Assembly (NCBI RefSeq): GCF_001447785.1 | Contig: NW_015173183.1 | Span: 215,905-279,904, forward strand | Reading direction: 5' to 3' | Origin: Gekko japonicus | Taxonomy: Eukaryota | Length of the DNA: 64,000 nt | Part shown: piece by piece, positions 27,401-40,164 of the stretch | Position numbering within the stretch: position 1 is the stretch's first letter | How the letters are laid out: each line of letters begins with the position of its first letter | Notes under the pieces: generated by a model | Seen by the model: the letters and a program-made list of their open reading frames with translations, nothing else | Told to the model about the DNA's origin: nothing | Database searches by the model: none | Program-made: the position numbers and the translations under genes

Positions 27401-30400
27401 AGTGAAACGCTGTTTTAACTTTCAGGGTGACTTTGTAGACAGAGGCTACTACAGCCTTGAGACGTTTACATATCTTCTTGCGCTAAAAGCAAAATGGCCT
27501 GATCGTATCACACTCTTGCGTGGGAATCATGAAAGCAGACAGATAACACAAGTGTACGGATTTTATGGTAAGGGCTTTTCTTTTTTAGAAAATTCTCAGT
27601 TGTAGTCAGCACACAAGCTTGTCTCTCTGGAACAAGCTTGTCTCTCTGGAAGTTGTAGTTTTTGGAAACTTGTCTCTCTGGAAATTGCGGTATTGAAGAC
27701 ATGGATTATGGGAAATGATTTTATCACAACTGTAAACAAAGATAAAAATGTAATTTAGGAAGCTGTAGGTACACTTCTGATGCTGTGGATTGTTAAAATC
27801 TAGCAGCGGTAGTACTAGGTGTGTGTGTTTTTTGTTGTGATTTGCATAGGTGGGTGCAAGAAACTGAGATTTGGCTCATGGATAGTAAACTGGATTGGGC
27901 TTGAAAATGCTGTATTCAAATCCCTAGTATTTCATGACTCTGCTGAATAATCCTGGGCACTGGAATTTAAACACCCATTCTGTCACTTTGTCAAAAGTTA
28001 ACTATCCTTGAACAGTGAGTAAGAGTAGGTAAAGATTGTCTGTAACCTGTCCCATCTTTGCTTTAGATGGCGTAGATTAAAATAGTGATCAGTCATTCAA
28101 GAAATGTTGATGAGTTAAGATGGACAGCTTTATAATATGGTAGTGCAAAAGGACTATCAAAATGAAGTGACTTGTGGAGGCGTCCGTAGAGTGAGTAAGG
28201 TGAACATATGTGGCCAGGCTCTCAACCATTCTAGAAGCTCAGTGTGTCTTGTCTGGTTATCTTCTGAACCTGCAACCCTACTTGTCCAGCTGGACTGTGA
28301 AACTGTAACTAATACAACATGGTTTTCCGTGCCTCCTTCCTTTCTTTCTCTCATTCTAACAGATGAATGCCAAACCAAATATGGTAATGCTAATGCCTGG
28401 AGATATTGCACCAAAGTCTTTGACATGCTTACAGTAGCAGCGGTAAGGGTTTTTTTCTTAATGCACCTTATGAAAATGGAAAATGAGTGACTGTTTCCTA
28501 AATGTCTGTTGAATTTCAAGCTTGTGATGCTCGTATCCCTCTCTTCATCTTTAAGTTAATAGATGAGCAGATACTCTGTGTACATGGGGGCCTGTCTCCA
28601 GACATCAAAACACTGGATCAGATCCGAACTATTGAGCGCAACCAAGAGATTCCACACAAAGGAGCATTTTGTGATCTTGTCTGGTCAGACCCAGAAGATG
28701 TTGACACCTGGGCAATTAGTCCTCGAGGAGCAGGATGGCTATTTGGAGCAAAAGTTACCAATGAGGTAAAAAAAAAGTCCCAAACCCATCTTATAAAATG
28801 GTGTGCCTGGCAGCAGTTTCTAGTGTTTAATATTTTACTATTATAAGCAAAATGGGTCAGAAGGCTTGTCTAGCTGTATATTTGATGTGTTGTCTATAAA
28901 ACGATGACAAGAATGCTGATCTTTTTTTTAATTGAGAGAGTTATTCCCTCAAAGAAAGAAAGAAAAACCAGCATTCTTACCATTGTTTCATAGATGACAT
29001 GTCAACTTGGTAGCAGCCCTAATGGTCCAGGATAGCCCAGTGTCATCAGAACTTGGAAGCTAAGCAGGGTTGGTCCTTGAATGGGAGATCACAAAGGAAG
29101 ACTGGGGCTGCTATGCAGAGGAAGGCAAACAACCTCTGCTCAGATCTTGCCTTGGAAACCCCACAAGGTGGAACTTCATGGGGTCGCCATGAGTCAGTTG
29201 CAACTCGGCAATACACGTAAATCCTCATCTTGGAAGAATTGTTGAAATCTGTTTCTCTAGCTTGTCATTGCCTCTGGGACAAATGAGTATTTTACAGGGA
29301 GAAATACTTTTTCTTTCTTTCTTCGTTTGCAGTCTTCTCATTTGGTGCTCTATGACGTGCATGTGGCAGTTAAGATGGGGAGGAGAGGAGAGGGAGAGGT
29401 CCCAGTCCTGCTTTGGCAAGCCCTTATTGTACTTGTGACCAGTGTTCCCTCTAAGCTGAATTAGTGTGAGCTAGCTCACAGTTTTTTAGCCTCCAGATCA
29501 CACATTTCTGTCGCAGCTCAGGAAGGAGGGCTCCAGAGCAAACTAATTTATGCAGCAGCCAAATCACCTGCTCACAACTTTAATGCCAGTAGCTCCCAAA
29601 GGAGAATTTTTGCTCACAAGATTCCACAGCTTAGAGGGAACGTTGCTTGTGACCCAGTGTAAAGCTCTGTCTGGAGATAAATTTACATTACATCCATGAC
29701 ACTGCTGTTAGCGTGACACTGCTGCTGAAGCCTTAGGGTGCAGCAATAAAAACAGCAGCATTTCATGTTGTTGTATCCAGTGTTTATGTGCTTTGCCCCA
29801 TGTTCCTTAAGCTGGTATTTTGCTTTCAGGACCACATTTTTAAGCACTGGGTTGAATCTGTAGCACCAGGTAGAGAACTGTGCTTACCGAACGGAAGTTC
29901 CATTCTTCCCAGCTTTAACCTGCTGTGTTTCCCAAAATGCAGCTCCTGGGGATTGATGAACCCTTGGGAAAGCCTGGGGTGCAGTGTTAAGGTATGCACT
30001 GGGAGGGGGACCATCAGTGGAACTCATATGTGAGTGGAAGTCCTCCTTGCAATTGATAAAAGGAGGTTTAAGATCCAGCCCATTGACTCTCGTAGTGAGA
30101 GTTCAAGGTGAAGAACAAGTGAACCCCTCAAATGGGAGATCTCATTATTAGTTTTTCTTTAAATATACAATACTCTTCTGAAGGATTGCCGAAACTACTG
30201 TCAATGGAAGGGGTTGCCTCCTTTATTGTATCCATTGTAAGTGTTTTGCCTCCCACTCCTTTTAAATTTTACAGTTTGTCCACATCAACAACTTAAAGCT
30301 CATCTGCAGAGCCCATCAGCTGGTGCACGAAGGCTATAAATTCATGTTTGATGAGAAGCTGGTAACGGTATGGTCAGCTCCGAACTACTGCTATCGCTGT

Positions 30401-30523
30401 GGAAATATTGCTTCAATCATGGTCTTTAAAGATGTAAATACGAGGGAGCCAAAGCTCTTCCGGGCAGTCCCAGACTCTGAACGTGTGATCCCGCCAAGAA
30501 CGACCACGCCGTATTTCCTTTGA
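21428..30523 (+). CDS. PPP6C: Serine/threonine-protein phosphatase 6 catalytic subunit, 305 aa; coding exons 21428-21502, 24286-24381, 26487-26552, 27426-27567, 28363-28442, 28556-28765, 30275-30523
   Basis: [25 protein letters not shown] start, PPP motifs GDIHG, GDFVDRG, RGNHE and SAPNYC, and C-terminus TTPYFL. GT-AG introns and joined frame (918 nt). Confidence 0.98.
27613..27683. repeat. Short 19-bp tandem repeat (ACAAGCTTGTCTCTCTGGA x2 plus a partial third copy)
   Basis: Seen directly in PPP6C intron 4. Confidence 0.8.
29011..29220 (+). mobile_element. Decayed 5S rRNA-derived SINE (5S-Sauria-like)
   Basis: GGAAGCTAAGCAGGGTTGG...ATGGGAGA matches the 5S internal control region. The tail GGGGTCGCCATGAGTC resembles an RTE 3' end. 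Confidence 0.65.
29440..29645. mobile_element. 206-bp non-autonomous hAT-type DNA transposon
   Basis: TIRs CAGTGTTCCCTCTAAGCTG / CAGCTTAGAGGGAACGTTG and a perfect 8-bp TSD CTTGTGAC (29432-29439, 29646-29653). Confidence 0.88.
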
Positions 30524-31240
30524 GACATGGCTCAGCTCCTTGTACTGTTTTCTTTGTGGTGTACTTTTTATCGAGCACTTTGCTGCTGAAATGTTGCCTC
30601 TTGCCTTTTTTATTTTTAAATTATCTAAATGTGTTGTATATTGTGTCTGTAGCGATGCGTCCCTCGATCCTTTCTGCACACCTTTTGTACCCCACCTCCC
30701 TTCCCAAGACTTGTCTGTGAGTGCTTCTGAAATGTCTCTAGCACTTACCCTGCTGGTGGTGGTTCTTGCATATTTGTGGGAGTATTTTTTAAGGGAAAAC
30801 TGCACTTTTCCTTAAAATAATAAAAAATAGAGCAAGGCACCAGAACTAGTCTGATTTCCTTCATTTCATTCAGGAGGTTATTTTCAGGGAGGTTTTTCTT
30901 TTTTTGTAAGTTTTTAAGAAATTTCAGCAGCAAAGGCATATTCAGCGTTCACAATGGGACTCGTGATAGAAAGTGTAGCATACACATGTTCAAGATGTAA
31001 AAGTGAATTGTCCTACTTATATTTTGTTTTAAAGTGGGTATAAATAAGTGGTCTAAAAGCCTGCCCTGATTATATTTTCATTTTGTTTGCTTTGGGTTTT
31101 TTAGGATTCAAAAGTAAAATACAAAACCGGCAACAGGTATTTAAATTTGTATAGTAAAATAATTGTTCAGATTTTTTTCAGATACCTTGTATTTTTAATA
31201 AAGTCATATCCTGAATTCCGCCTCTAGGTTAAACATTGGA

Positions 31241-31246
31241 AATAAA
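31241..31246 (+). terminator. PPP6C: Candidate PPP6C polyadenylation signal (another AATAAA at 30819)
   Basis: AATAAA at the end of a U-rich 3' UTR-like tract. Confidence 0.5.
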
Positions 31247-33319
31247 ACCCTACATTGTTAATATGAATGTATATGGTCTTTCTCTTTCCTTTGCACACAA
31301 GCATCTACTGAAGATTTGATTAGGGTTTGGCTAAGTACAGCTAGGTCTTTTAGGAGTGCAGTTGTATTCTGGAAACTGAGACCACCAATGTACCATTTCT
31401 CTGTTCCTGCAAAAACGTGAAGAATCCTGGCAGCTTTCAGTGGATTTTCCCAATTTTTCTCCAATTGTGGTACAGCTGTAAAGATATCAGAGAGAAGGAT
31501 TTGACAAAAATAGAAAGGACTGGATTCTGACCTCCCTATAATTTTTATTTCCAGCAAAGAACACCTGAACTACTTAATATCATAACTGCAGAGTCTTTAT
31601 TAGATTACCAAAGAAGCAAGTAATTTTTAAATAGAAAAAAAATTGCATCAAAGTATTTGCTGGACTATGACTAGCATAGTGTATAAAATGTCTCTTCTAC
31701 TTAAGTGAGTGTATTATGTCTTGATCTTCTTTTTAAATATGCTGCAAGGTTCATTGTCAAGTACCAGGATATGACTGCTGTCTTCATTCACACAAAAAAT
31801 GTACATAGACCAAGTAAGGGCATCTCCATAGTGTTGTTTAAAAATAAAATTCAATTGTCCTTTTTGTTCTTGTTGAAAAAAGTCCAATATGTTTAGATTT
31901 CAAAGTCATTTCTTTTAACTATTAACAGCCTGTTTTCTCAGGACAGTAATTTTACATATTTACCTCTCCAAGACACAAATATTCAGATATGTGGTGTGAA
32001 AAGTTAAGTCACTTTATTTAAAAATCTCGAATTGATGTTTTCAAATATAGGGCATATAATAAAGTAGCCTTAGCCTACTCTAAATGCACTAAAATGTATC
32101 TTTGCTGGATTTGGATACACTGATTTGGCCTGAAATGAGTTCAATATAAGTGTGTAGGCAGATTCTTGTTTTTACCTTTTTTGGATATGTGTGCCATGAT
32201 GATAGAAGGTTCCAGTAGAGAATCTGTGCTCTTTTCAGCTGTTCTTCAGCTCTTTATAAACAGCATTGACCCCAGTATCTCTGAGAAATTGTTAATGTGT
32301 AGAATAGTGTCTAAGCTACTGATCCCTGATCCAAAGAAATGTAAGCATGCACAATGGAGTATTTTAAAAGCTTAAAAAACCCTCAGTGCAAACTATTTTA
32401 ATATCCACTTTTTCCCAGCTCCCACTTTAAAAGTAGTATGAAGAGCTTCATGTGGGAGTCTGTGGTAAGGTACAAGAGTTGTGTATTACTGCTTTGATGG
32501 ACCTCAGTGGGGTCAGGGGCTTACACTGTTTAATCCTCTGGTAAGATTTATAGTAACTTTTAGAAATTGTAGTTACCTAATAAACACTGAAACTATTACT
32601 GAATACTAAAGTATGTTCTAGAAATCTATACCATTGTAGGAAATGCTAACATATGCCTTGGGGGAAGGCTGTACCTGAATGGTAGTTCATGCCCATAATT
32701 TTGAGGGTTCAAGGTTCAGTCGCAAGTAAAGGCTTGCACCTTTCTCAGTCCAGTAGATAGTGTTGAGCTGAAGCAGTTCTATATGGTCTTCATCTGTTCA
32801 TAAATGTCAATAGTTAGCTCACACTTCATATTTTGACACCTTTAATGCTCTCTTAAACTGACTTTTTGCCATGGGGGGCATTATTTTGTCTTTGAATTTA
32901 AGGATACATCTTAATTAAAATCCAAAACCATGTTCTAGCAAATCTGCATGTGCAATCTCTATCTGTGTGCTTTAAAAAAACCAAAAACATTATGGTGTTT
33001 GTGTTTAATCCTCCATGAAGGTGCTGCACACGAAAAGAGCTTATTTTATTTCTTGTTAAATTGTGAACAGTTGGATGATCAGTGTACCATCAATGTTTAG
33101 CTGGGTACTTTAGAGAGCACTCCTGAGCAGGTCTACTCAGAGTCCTACTCAAGCCTATTTGATGGGGCTTAGTTTTGGGGAAATTGTGTTAGGATTGCAC
33201 TGTGAATCAAATTGATGTCAGTGGTATTTAGACACTGGATTTATGGTATTTACTTGGTAAGGCATCTTTTACTGATATATATACATGCATACATACACAC
33301 ACATACAGATGTTGGATGA

Positions 33320-35740
33320 TCAGAGAAGCTGCTTGTATTAGAAAACAAAAGAGAAAAATTTATACAAATTAAGGATCAAAGTAAGGAACAGGAAGTAAAG
33401 ATGAAACAAGACCCTTCAATTGAATATACAAGAGTGAAACTAAAGTTATTGCAACATCAAATGAATTGTCTGTTAACTCAAGAAATAACTAAAAAAATTA
33501 CATATGCAAAACAAAATTATTTTGAAAATGCTAATCAACTAGATGGCATCAAGATCAAGCAGGCTTTTTACCAAAAAGACAACTTAAAAACAATGTAAGA
33601 ACTATATTAAATGTAATTGAATACTTTGAAGCTCACCCAGAGAAACAGATGGCCTTGATTGCTAGATGCTGAAAAAGGTTTTGATAATGTCAGTTGGAAT
33701 TTCATGGTGGAACAATTATTAACTTCACAATGTGGCAAAGAATTTTTCACAATGGTTAGAACAATTTATACAAAACAAGCAAGGGTTCTTGTTAATGGAG
33801 ACTTATCACAAAATATTGAGATACAAAAAGGAACCAGACAAGGATGCCCACTTTCACAGTTATTATTTATATTTGTGCTTGAAATACTGAATGATATGAT
33901 CAGAGAAGATACTCATATTAAGGGACTTAAAATAAGAGGAGAAGAATACAAATTGCAAGCATTTGCAGAGGATTTGGTATTTATTTTAGAAAATCCATCG
34001 GACTTCATTATGCAATTATTAGAAACTTTGCAAAGATTGGTAAAGTTGCTGGACTGAAAATCAACTTTAATGAAACAAAGATGTTAACGAAAAATATGAC
34101 TAAAGTCCAAACCGAGCAATTACAAGAAATATCAGGTCTGAAAGTCAAGAAAAAGGTGAAATATTTTGGAATAAATATAACAAATAGATGCAGTTCCTTG
34201 GTGAAAGAAAACTATATGGAATTTATATTGGATATTAAGAAAGATTTGGAAAAATGGAAAAACTTACAAATATCCCTGATGGGAAGAATAGCTACAATAA
34301 AAATGAATATTTTTAAGATTTATTTCAAACAATTCTAATCCTTCAAAATCAAAAATATTGTAAAGAACTTGATAAACTGATGGTACAATTTATATGGCAA
34401 AACAAGAAACCAAGACTAAAACTGAAAGTGTTACAAGATGCAAAAGAAAGAGTGGGATTTGCATTGTCGGAGTGGCTTTTATATTATAGAGCTTCATCAT
34501 AGATGTGGATAAAAGAATGGATTACATTAGAAAATACTAGACTATTAACATTAGAGGGACACAAATTATTATTGGGATGGCCTGCGTTTATATGTTATGG
34601 AAAGGCTGATACTCATTAGAAAAACAACATCTCATTAGAAGATCCCTATTGAAAATATGGGAAGAAGTTAAAAGACTTTTTTATACCAAGATACCAAAAT
34701 GGATTTCACCATTAGAAGTGTTCATAAACCCAAAATTATTTCAAAAAAAAGGTGCTCTTAAGATATGAAGACTTGTTGGATAATAAAAATGAATTAAAAC
34801 CAACAGAAGATTTTAATTTAAGTTGGTGGGGAAGAGTTCAAATAAAACCAAGATAAGCAAATAGGCTTTTATTCAAATATAACAGAAATTGATAAGATAT
34901 TGTTATATACTGATGAGAAATTGATTAAGAAATTATATGTAATAATGTTAGAATATAAAACACAAGATGAAATAGTTAAAAACTCTATGGTCCAATGGGC
35001 ATAAAACTTGGGTCATAATATTGATTTAGACCAGTGGGTACAGGTATGGGAAAAATGTAAAGTTTACTAAAGCAATGACTTATAAAGAAAATATTTATAA
35101 AATGTTTTATAGATGGTATATCACTCCAGATAAATTAGCAAAAGTTTATCCTGACCTAACAAATGATTGCTGGAAGTGTAAAAAAAACGCTGGTTCCTTT
35201 TTTCATATGTGGTGGATGTGTGATAGAGTTAAAAAATATTGGTCCTGGATTCATGAATTGTTACAAAAAATGTTAAAATGTACCATACCTTATATACCAG
35301 AATTGTTTTTATTGAATATATTACCAGAAATGTAGTGACAGCTGCAAGAATATTATATGCCAAATATTGGAGGAATAATGAAGTACCTTCAAAAGAAAAA
35401 TTAAATAAAATACTTGAAACCACAGAAATTCATAAATTAACTTTAATTTTGAGAGGACAAAATGAACAAAAATTTGAGAGTACATGGTTAAGGTTTTATA
35501 AATGGAGAGAAGAATACAATAAACCATATGTACATACAACCAAATCAGAAGGAAATATGAACTATATTTTTAGTTATGAGCAAAGTATTACTCAAAATAC
35601 ATGGTGGGGAAAAATAAAGAAGCAAAATATATAATTAGATAATGTATGAGGTAACAACTTGGAACCCCCCAATCTGTATGTATGTATGTTTGTTGTTTTT
35701 TGGTCTTTTATAAAAATAAAATTGTTTTAAAAACAAAAAC
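33320..35740 (+). mobile_element. Degenerate, internally deleted L1-clade LINE ORF2 fragment
   Basis: LDAEKGFDNVSW, GTRQGCPLSQLLF, AFAEDL (decayed Y/FADD) and a C-terminal CWKC...HMWWMC Cys/His motif. It has multiple stops and frameshifts, an A-rich sense strand and an A-rich tail. Confidence 0.88.
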
Positions 35741-36305
35741 CCTGGTTTGCATATACATCTCTGAATTTGAAAATTATCTGCTGTCAGAACCAACCAAGCA
35801 ACAGTCCAGTGGGCTCAAATTAGTGAAAGATTCTGTGTCAAGCAAGTACCATAACAAGAATTGTATAAAGCCTGTGACCAATAAAATGTGATACATTTCC
35901 TAGCCACATTCATGGCTAGACAGGAACAGCTGCAGAGAAATGTAATGCTTTTCTATTATGTGTGTTCTCTAGGAGTAAACCTTTTGATCAAAATTACCCT
36001 GCTTTTGTTGAGTGACTTATGCAACATGAGGGTTTTTTTTTACAATGTAGTGACAGTCTTAGTAAATGGAACCTAATGAACAGTGGGTGTTTTGACTATA
36101 GATTGTAACATGACACGACACCAGCATGCCCAAGCCACTCAAAACACAACTGTTTGAAGTGCTGATTATTTCTTTATCCTATTCGTTTTTCATGGTGTTG
36201 TGACAGCATGATGAACATTTTGGAAATGATGTCCAGTGGGACTTCGGCTCTGAAACGGATGTAGGGGCTTGAACCCTAAATGCAGTAGTGACTAGACCTT
36301 ACCAT

Positions 36306-36395
36306 AGATTCATAGCCGTGTTGGTCTGAAGCAGCAGAGCAAAGTTTTATTCAACTTTGTTGGTCTTAAAGGTGCCACTGGACTTAAACTTTATT
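36306..36395. mobile_element. 90-bp insertion (Penelope-like remnant) flanked by a 14-bp direct repeat
   Basis: CTAGACCTTACCAT at 36292-36305 and 36396-36409. The internal TAGCCGTGTTGGTCTG and GTTGGTCTTAAAGGTGCCAC recur near 47700, 47980 and 52955. Confidence 0.6.
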
Positions 36396-36690
36396 CTAGA
36401 CCTTACCATCTTTGTTAAGATTTGGGGCAATAGTGCATCTCTGAGGTAAAATGAACTGAAGTAAGTTTTCAAGGAAATTGAACTGAATGAGTTGCTTCAA
36501 GCATGGGGCTAGGGTGAGACACAGCTAATCAATAGCCTAAGTTGCTGACACAGGATGGTCCCTGCAAGGCTGTCAGTGACAAAGTACTGGAAACAAACCA
36601 ATGTGCCAGCTATTGAGGCCTGGCTTAGGAGGCGTTGGTCGACCATGTCACAGACAGAATATCAGTTTGTAAACAACTGAGATGGGGGGT

Positions 36691-37336
36691 AGGGTTGCCA
36701 ACCTCTGGGTGGTACCTGGAGATTTCCAGCTATTACAATTGATCTCCAGAGGAACAAAATCAGTTTCCCTGAAGAAAATGGCTGCTTGGAGGGTGGACTC
36801 TATGGCATTATAACCTGCTGAAGCTCCTCTTCCACTCCGTAGACCAGGGGTGTCGAACTCATTTGTTATGAGGGCTGGATCTGACATAAATGAGCCCTTG
36901 TTGGGCCGGGCCATGTGTGTCATAAAATGTAATGCCAGGTAGCGGAGATATAAACTTTATAAAGGACACAAGCACAAAGATTTTTTTTTACTTAAAATAA
37001 AAACATGCTTAAAACATTAGCTCTGTAAGCTGCAAACCTACTTTTGATTTATTGACATTCACCACAGAAATCTCATGCTCAGAGTTCTGAGTCTAGGACC
37101 CAGGTTAAATACGAAATGGCTGAGTGATTAAGAGAGTCTGGAGAAGCAAGCTATGATGCAGCAGCAGCAGCAGAACTGGAAGCAGATGTCCAGTTCCACT
37201 GCGGATCTGATGGAAGCCCTCTGGGGGCCTGATTTGGCCCCCGGGTTGCATGTTTGACACCCTTGCCCTAGACTCCACCATCACCAAGCTCCATCCCCCA
37301 AAATCTCCAGATATATCCCAACTGAGAGTTGCCAAC
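36691..37336. mobile_element. AGGGTTGCCA-type MITE split by a nested hAT insertion
   Basis: 36691-36844 plus 37274-37336 together match the element at 12152-12313. Confidence 0.65.
36845..37265. mobile_element. Non-autonomous hAT-type DNA transposon nested in the MITE
   Basis: TIRs CAGGGGTGTCGAAC / GTTTGACACCCTTG. 8-bp TSD CCGTAGAC / CCCTAGAC (7/8). Confidence 0.82.
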
Positions 37337-38127
37337 TGGGGGGCGGGCAGGGGGGACGACATGCACAGACTCTTTTTGAACAAAGGTGAACTTTATAAAT
37401 TATTGGAACAAAATCAAAACAGAAGACACAATTTATACTTGCAGTGCTTAGTTGTATTTAATTATTTGCTACTTATTGTCTTTCATATCTCATAGTGTAA
37501 GGCTTCTTATACTCCTTATCGATTACTATTGTTGATAAATTTATAATTAAAAATGGCTTAAGTTGCCTATGTGAATAGCGTTGAACAGGACTGAAGTAAA
37601 TTTAAGGAACTCAGTTACAGGAATTATATAGTAAATTAAATGGCAGAACCGAAGGAATGGGTTGCAGTACTAAAGTGAAGTGTGAAACGGGATGTACTAA
37701 AAGGAAGGAAAGGATTGCCCATTGGAAACAGTGGGAGACACTTGAAGGCCCATTGGGAAAAATGGGAGCCAGGAATGCTAATTGACTTGCATGGGCTCCA
37801 TTGAAATACATTACAGTACAAGTAGAGTTGCAAAAAAAAAAAAAATGCGGAATGGATTTTCCATTAGGGTCTCAAGGCCCAAATACACTACTCTGGGGAT
37901 GGAATGAGAGACCATGCAGTGGAATGTTACTGGGAGTAACAGAAGTGTTCTGGGACTGGAATAAGAGACCACATACTGGAATGACAGCCCCAGGGTGGAG
38001 GAGGAGTGTTCTGGGACTGGGATGACACGCCATGGAGTGGAATGACAGCCACAGGGTGTAGCAGGAGTGTTCTCGGACTGTGATAACAGGCCTCGGAGTG
38101 GAATGACAGCCCCAGGTTGTAGCAGGA

Positions 38128-38269
38128 GGGCTTGAAGGGCTTCTAATGTCCTGGCCCCACTGGTGGACCTCCTGATGGCACTGGTATTTCTGGCCACTGT
38201 GTGATACAGAGTGTTGGACTGGATGGGCCTTTGGCCTGATCCAACATTGGTATCTCTTATGTTCTTATG
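38128..38269 (+). mobile_element. CR1 3'-end fragment inserted in the satellite
   Basis: Reverse complement of 11352-11459. Ends in CTTATGTTCTTATG. Confidence 0.85.
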
Positions 38270-38507
38270 AACAGGAGACCACAGAATGGAATGACAGCCC
38301 CAGGGTATAGCAGGAGTGTTCAGGGACTGGAATGACACGTCCCGGAGTGGAGCTTGAGTGTTCAGGGACTGGAATGAGAGACCACAGAGAGAATGACAGC
38401 CCCAGGGTGTAGCAGGAGTGTTCTTGGACTGGGATGAGAGGCCCCAGAGTGGAATGACAGCCCCAGCAGTAACAGAAGTGTTCTGGGACAGGAATGAGAG
38501 ACCACGG

Positions 38508-38634
38508 ATACTCCAAAGAGCAAGCTTCTACTTGCAGCCATAGATAGGGATAAATGAAATTGTGTGAGCCGCTCAAAGACCCCCTTGGGGTTCGAGCGGG
38601 ATACAAATCGAAAGCATAAATAAAATAAAATAAA
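38508..38634 (+). mobile_element. LINE/SINE 3'-tail fragment (L2-like) inserted in the satellite
   Basis: TGTGAGCCGC...GAGCGGGATACAAAT followed by a (TAAAA)n tail. Confidence 0.55.
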
Positions 38635-39814
38635 ATGACAGCCCCAGGGTATAGCAGGGATGTACAGGGACTGGAATGACGGGCCTCAGAATGTAATGAC
38701 AGCCCCAGGGTGGAGCAGGAGTGTTCTGTGACTGGGATGAGAGACCACACAGTGGAATGACAGCCCCTGGGGGTAGCAGGAGTGTTCTGAGACTGGAATG
38801 AGAGACCACAGACTGGAATGACAGTCCCAGGGTGTAGCAAGAGTGTTCACAGACTGGAATGAGAGACCAAGAGTGGAATGACAGCCCCAGGGTGGAGCAG
38901 GAGTGTTCTTGGACTGGGATGAGAGACCACAGAGTGGAATGACAGCTCCAGGGTGTAGCAGGAGTGTTCAGAGACGGGAATGATGGGCCTCAGAATGGAA
39001 TGACAGCCCCAGGGTGTAGCAGCAGTGTTCAGGGACTTGAATGAGAGACCACGGAGTGGAATGACACAGCCCCTGGAAGTAGCAGGAGAGTTCTGGGACT
39101 GGGATGAGAGACCCCAGAGTGGAATGACAGCCCCAGGGTGTAGCAGGAGTGTTCCAGGAGTGTTCTGGGACTGGTATGAGAAACCACAGAGTGGAATGAC
39201 AGCCCCAGAGTGTTCAGGGACTTGAATGACAGGTCGTGGAATGGAATGAAAGTCCCAGGGTGGAGCAGGAGTGTTCTGGAACCCGAATGACAGGCCCAAA
39301 GTGGAATGACAGCTCCAGGGTGTAGCAGGAGTGTTCGCGGACTGGAATGAGAGACCACAGAGTAGAATGACAGCCCCAGGATGGAGCCGGAGTATTCAGA
39401 GACTGGGATGAGAGACCACGGAGTCCAATGACAGCCCATGGGGGTAGCAGGAGTTTTCTGGGACTGGGATGAGAGACCACAGAGTGGAATGACAGCCCCT
39501 GGGCTTAGCAGGAGTGTTCAGGGACTGGGATGAGAGACCACAGAGTGGTATGACAGCCCCAGGATGGAGCAGGAGTGTTCTGGGACTGGTATGAGAAACC
39601 ACAGAGTGGAATGACAGCCCCAGAGTGTTCAGGGACTTGAATGACAGGTCGTGGAATGGAATGAAAGCCCCAGGGTGGAGCAGGAGTGTTCTGGAGACTG
39701 ACAGGCCCAAAGTGGAATGACAGCCCCTGGGCTTAGCAAGAGTGTTCTGGAACCGGAATGACAGGCCCAAAAGTGGAATGACAGCCCCAGGGTGTGGAGC
39801 AGGAGTGTTCAGGG

Positions 39815-40164
39815 TGTCAGTATCTGTATCTATACTGGCAAGCTGTCAGTCTGCCATGAGCAGCGATGTCAGATCTAGATGATCTAGTTATGACAGTCAG
39901 TGGTCAGGTGATAGGCAGATTGCATCAGACTCTGCTCAATCACCATGACTAGGCTTTATGTAAATTACTGTGATTTGATTGGTCTTTGTAAATATAAATG
40001 GAGAGCTGTACAGTGCTGAACATCTCCTGCGTGGGATCAGTTGTCTGCGAAGCACCTTGTCGGAGTGAACTGTGAGTTGGACTCAGAAAGGCTGTAAATA
40101 TACTCCAGTGTAAATACTGTAAATACTCTACTCTGCTACTTTTCGGGGTCTCTAACTACCGTCA
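39815..40164 (+). mobile_element. Solo LTR (350 bp) inserted in the satellite
   Basis: TG...CA termini, 5-bp TSD CAGGG (39810-39814, 40165-40169) and an internal TATA-like AAATATAAAT. The satellite register resumes exactly after it. Confidence 0.75.

Noticed and set aside
27230-27402. tRNA-like sequences (also near 12515, 16410 and 59520)
   Set aside because: Degenerate A/B-box SINE heads with no complete cloverleaf.
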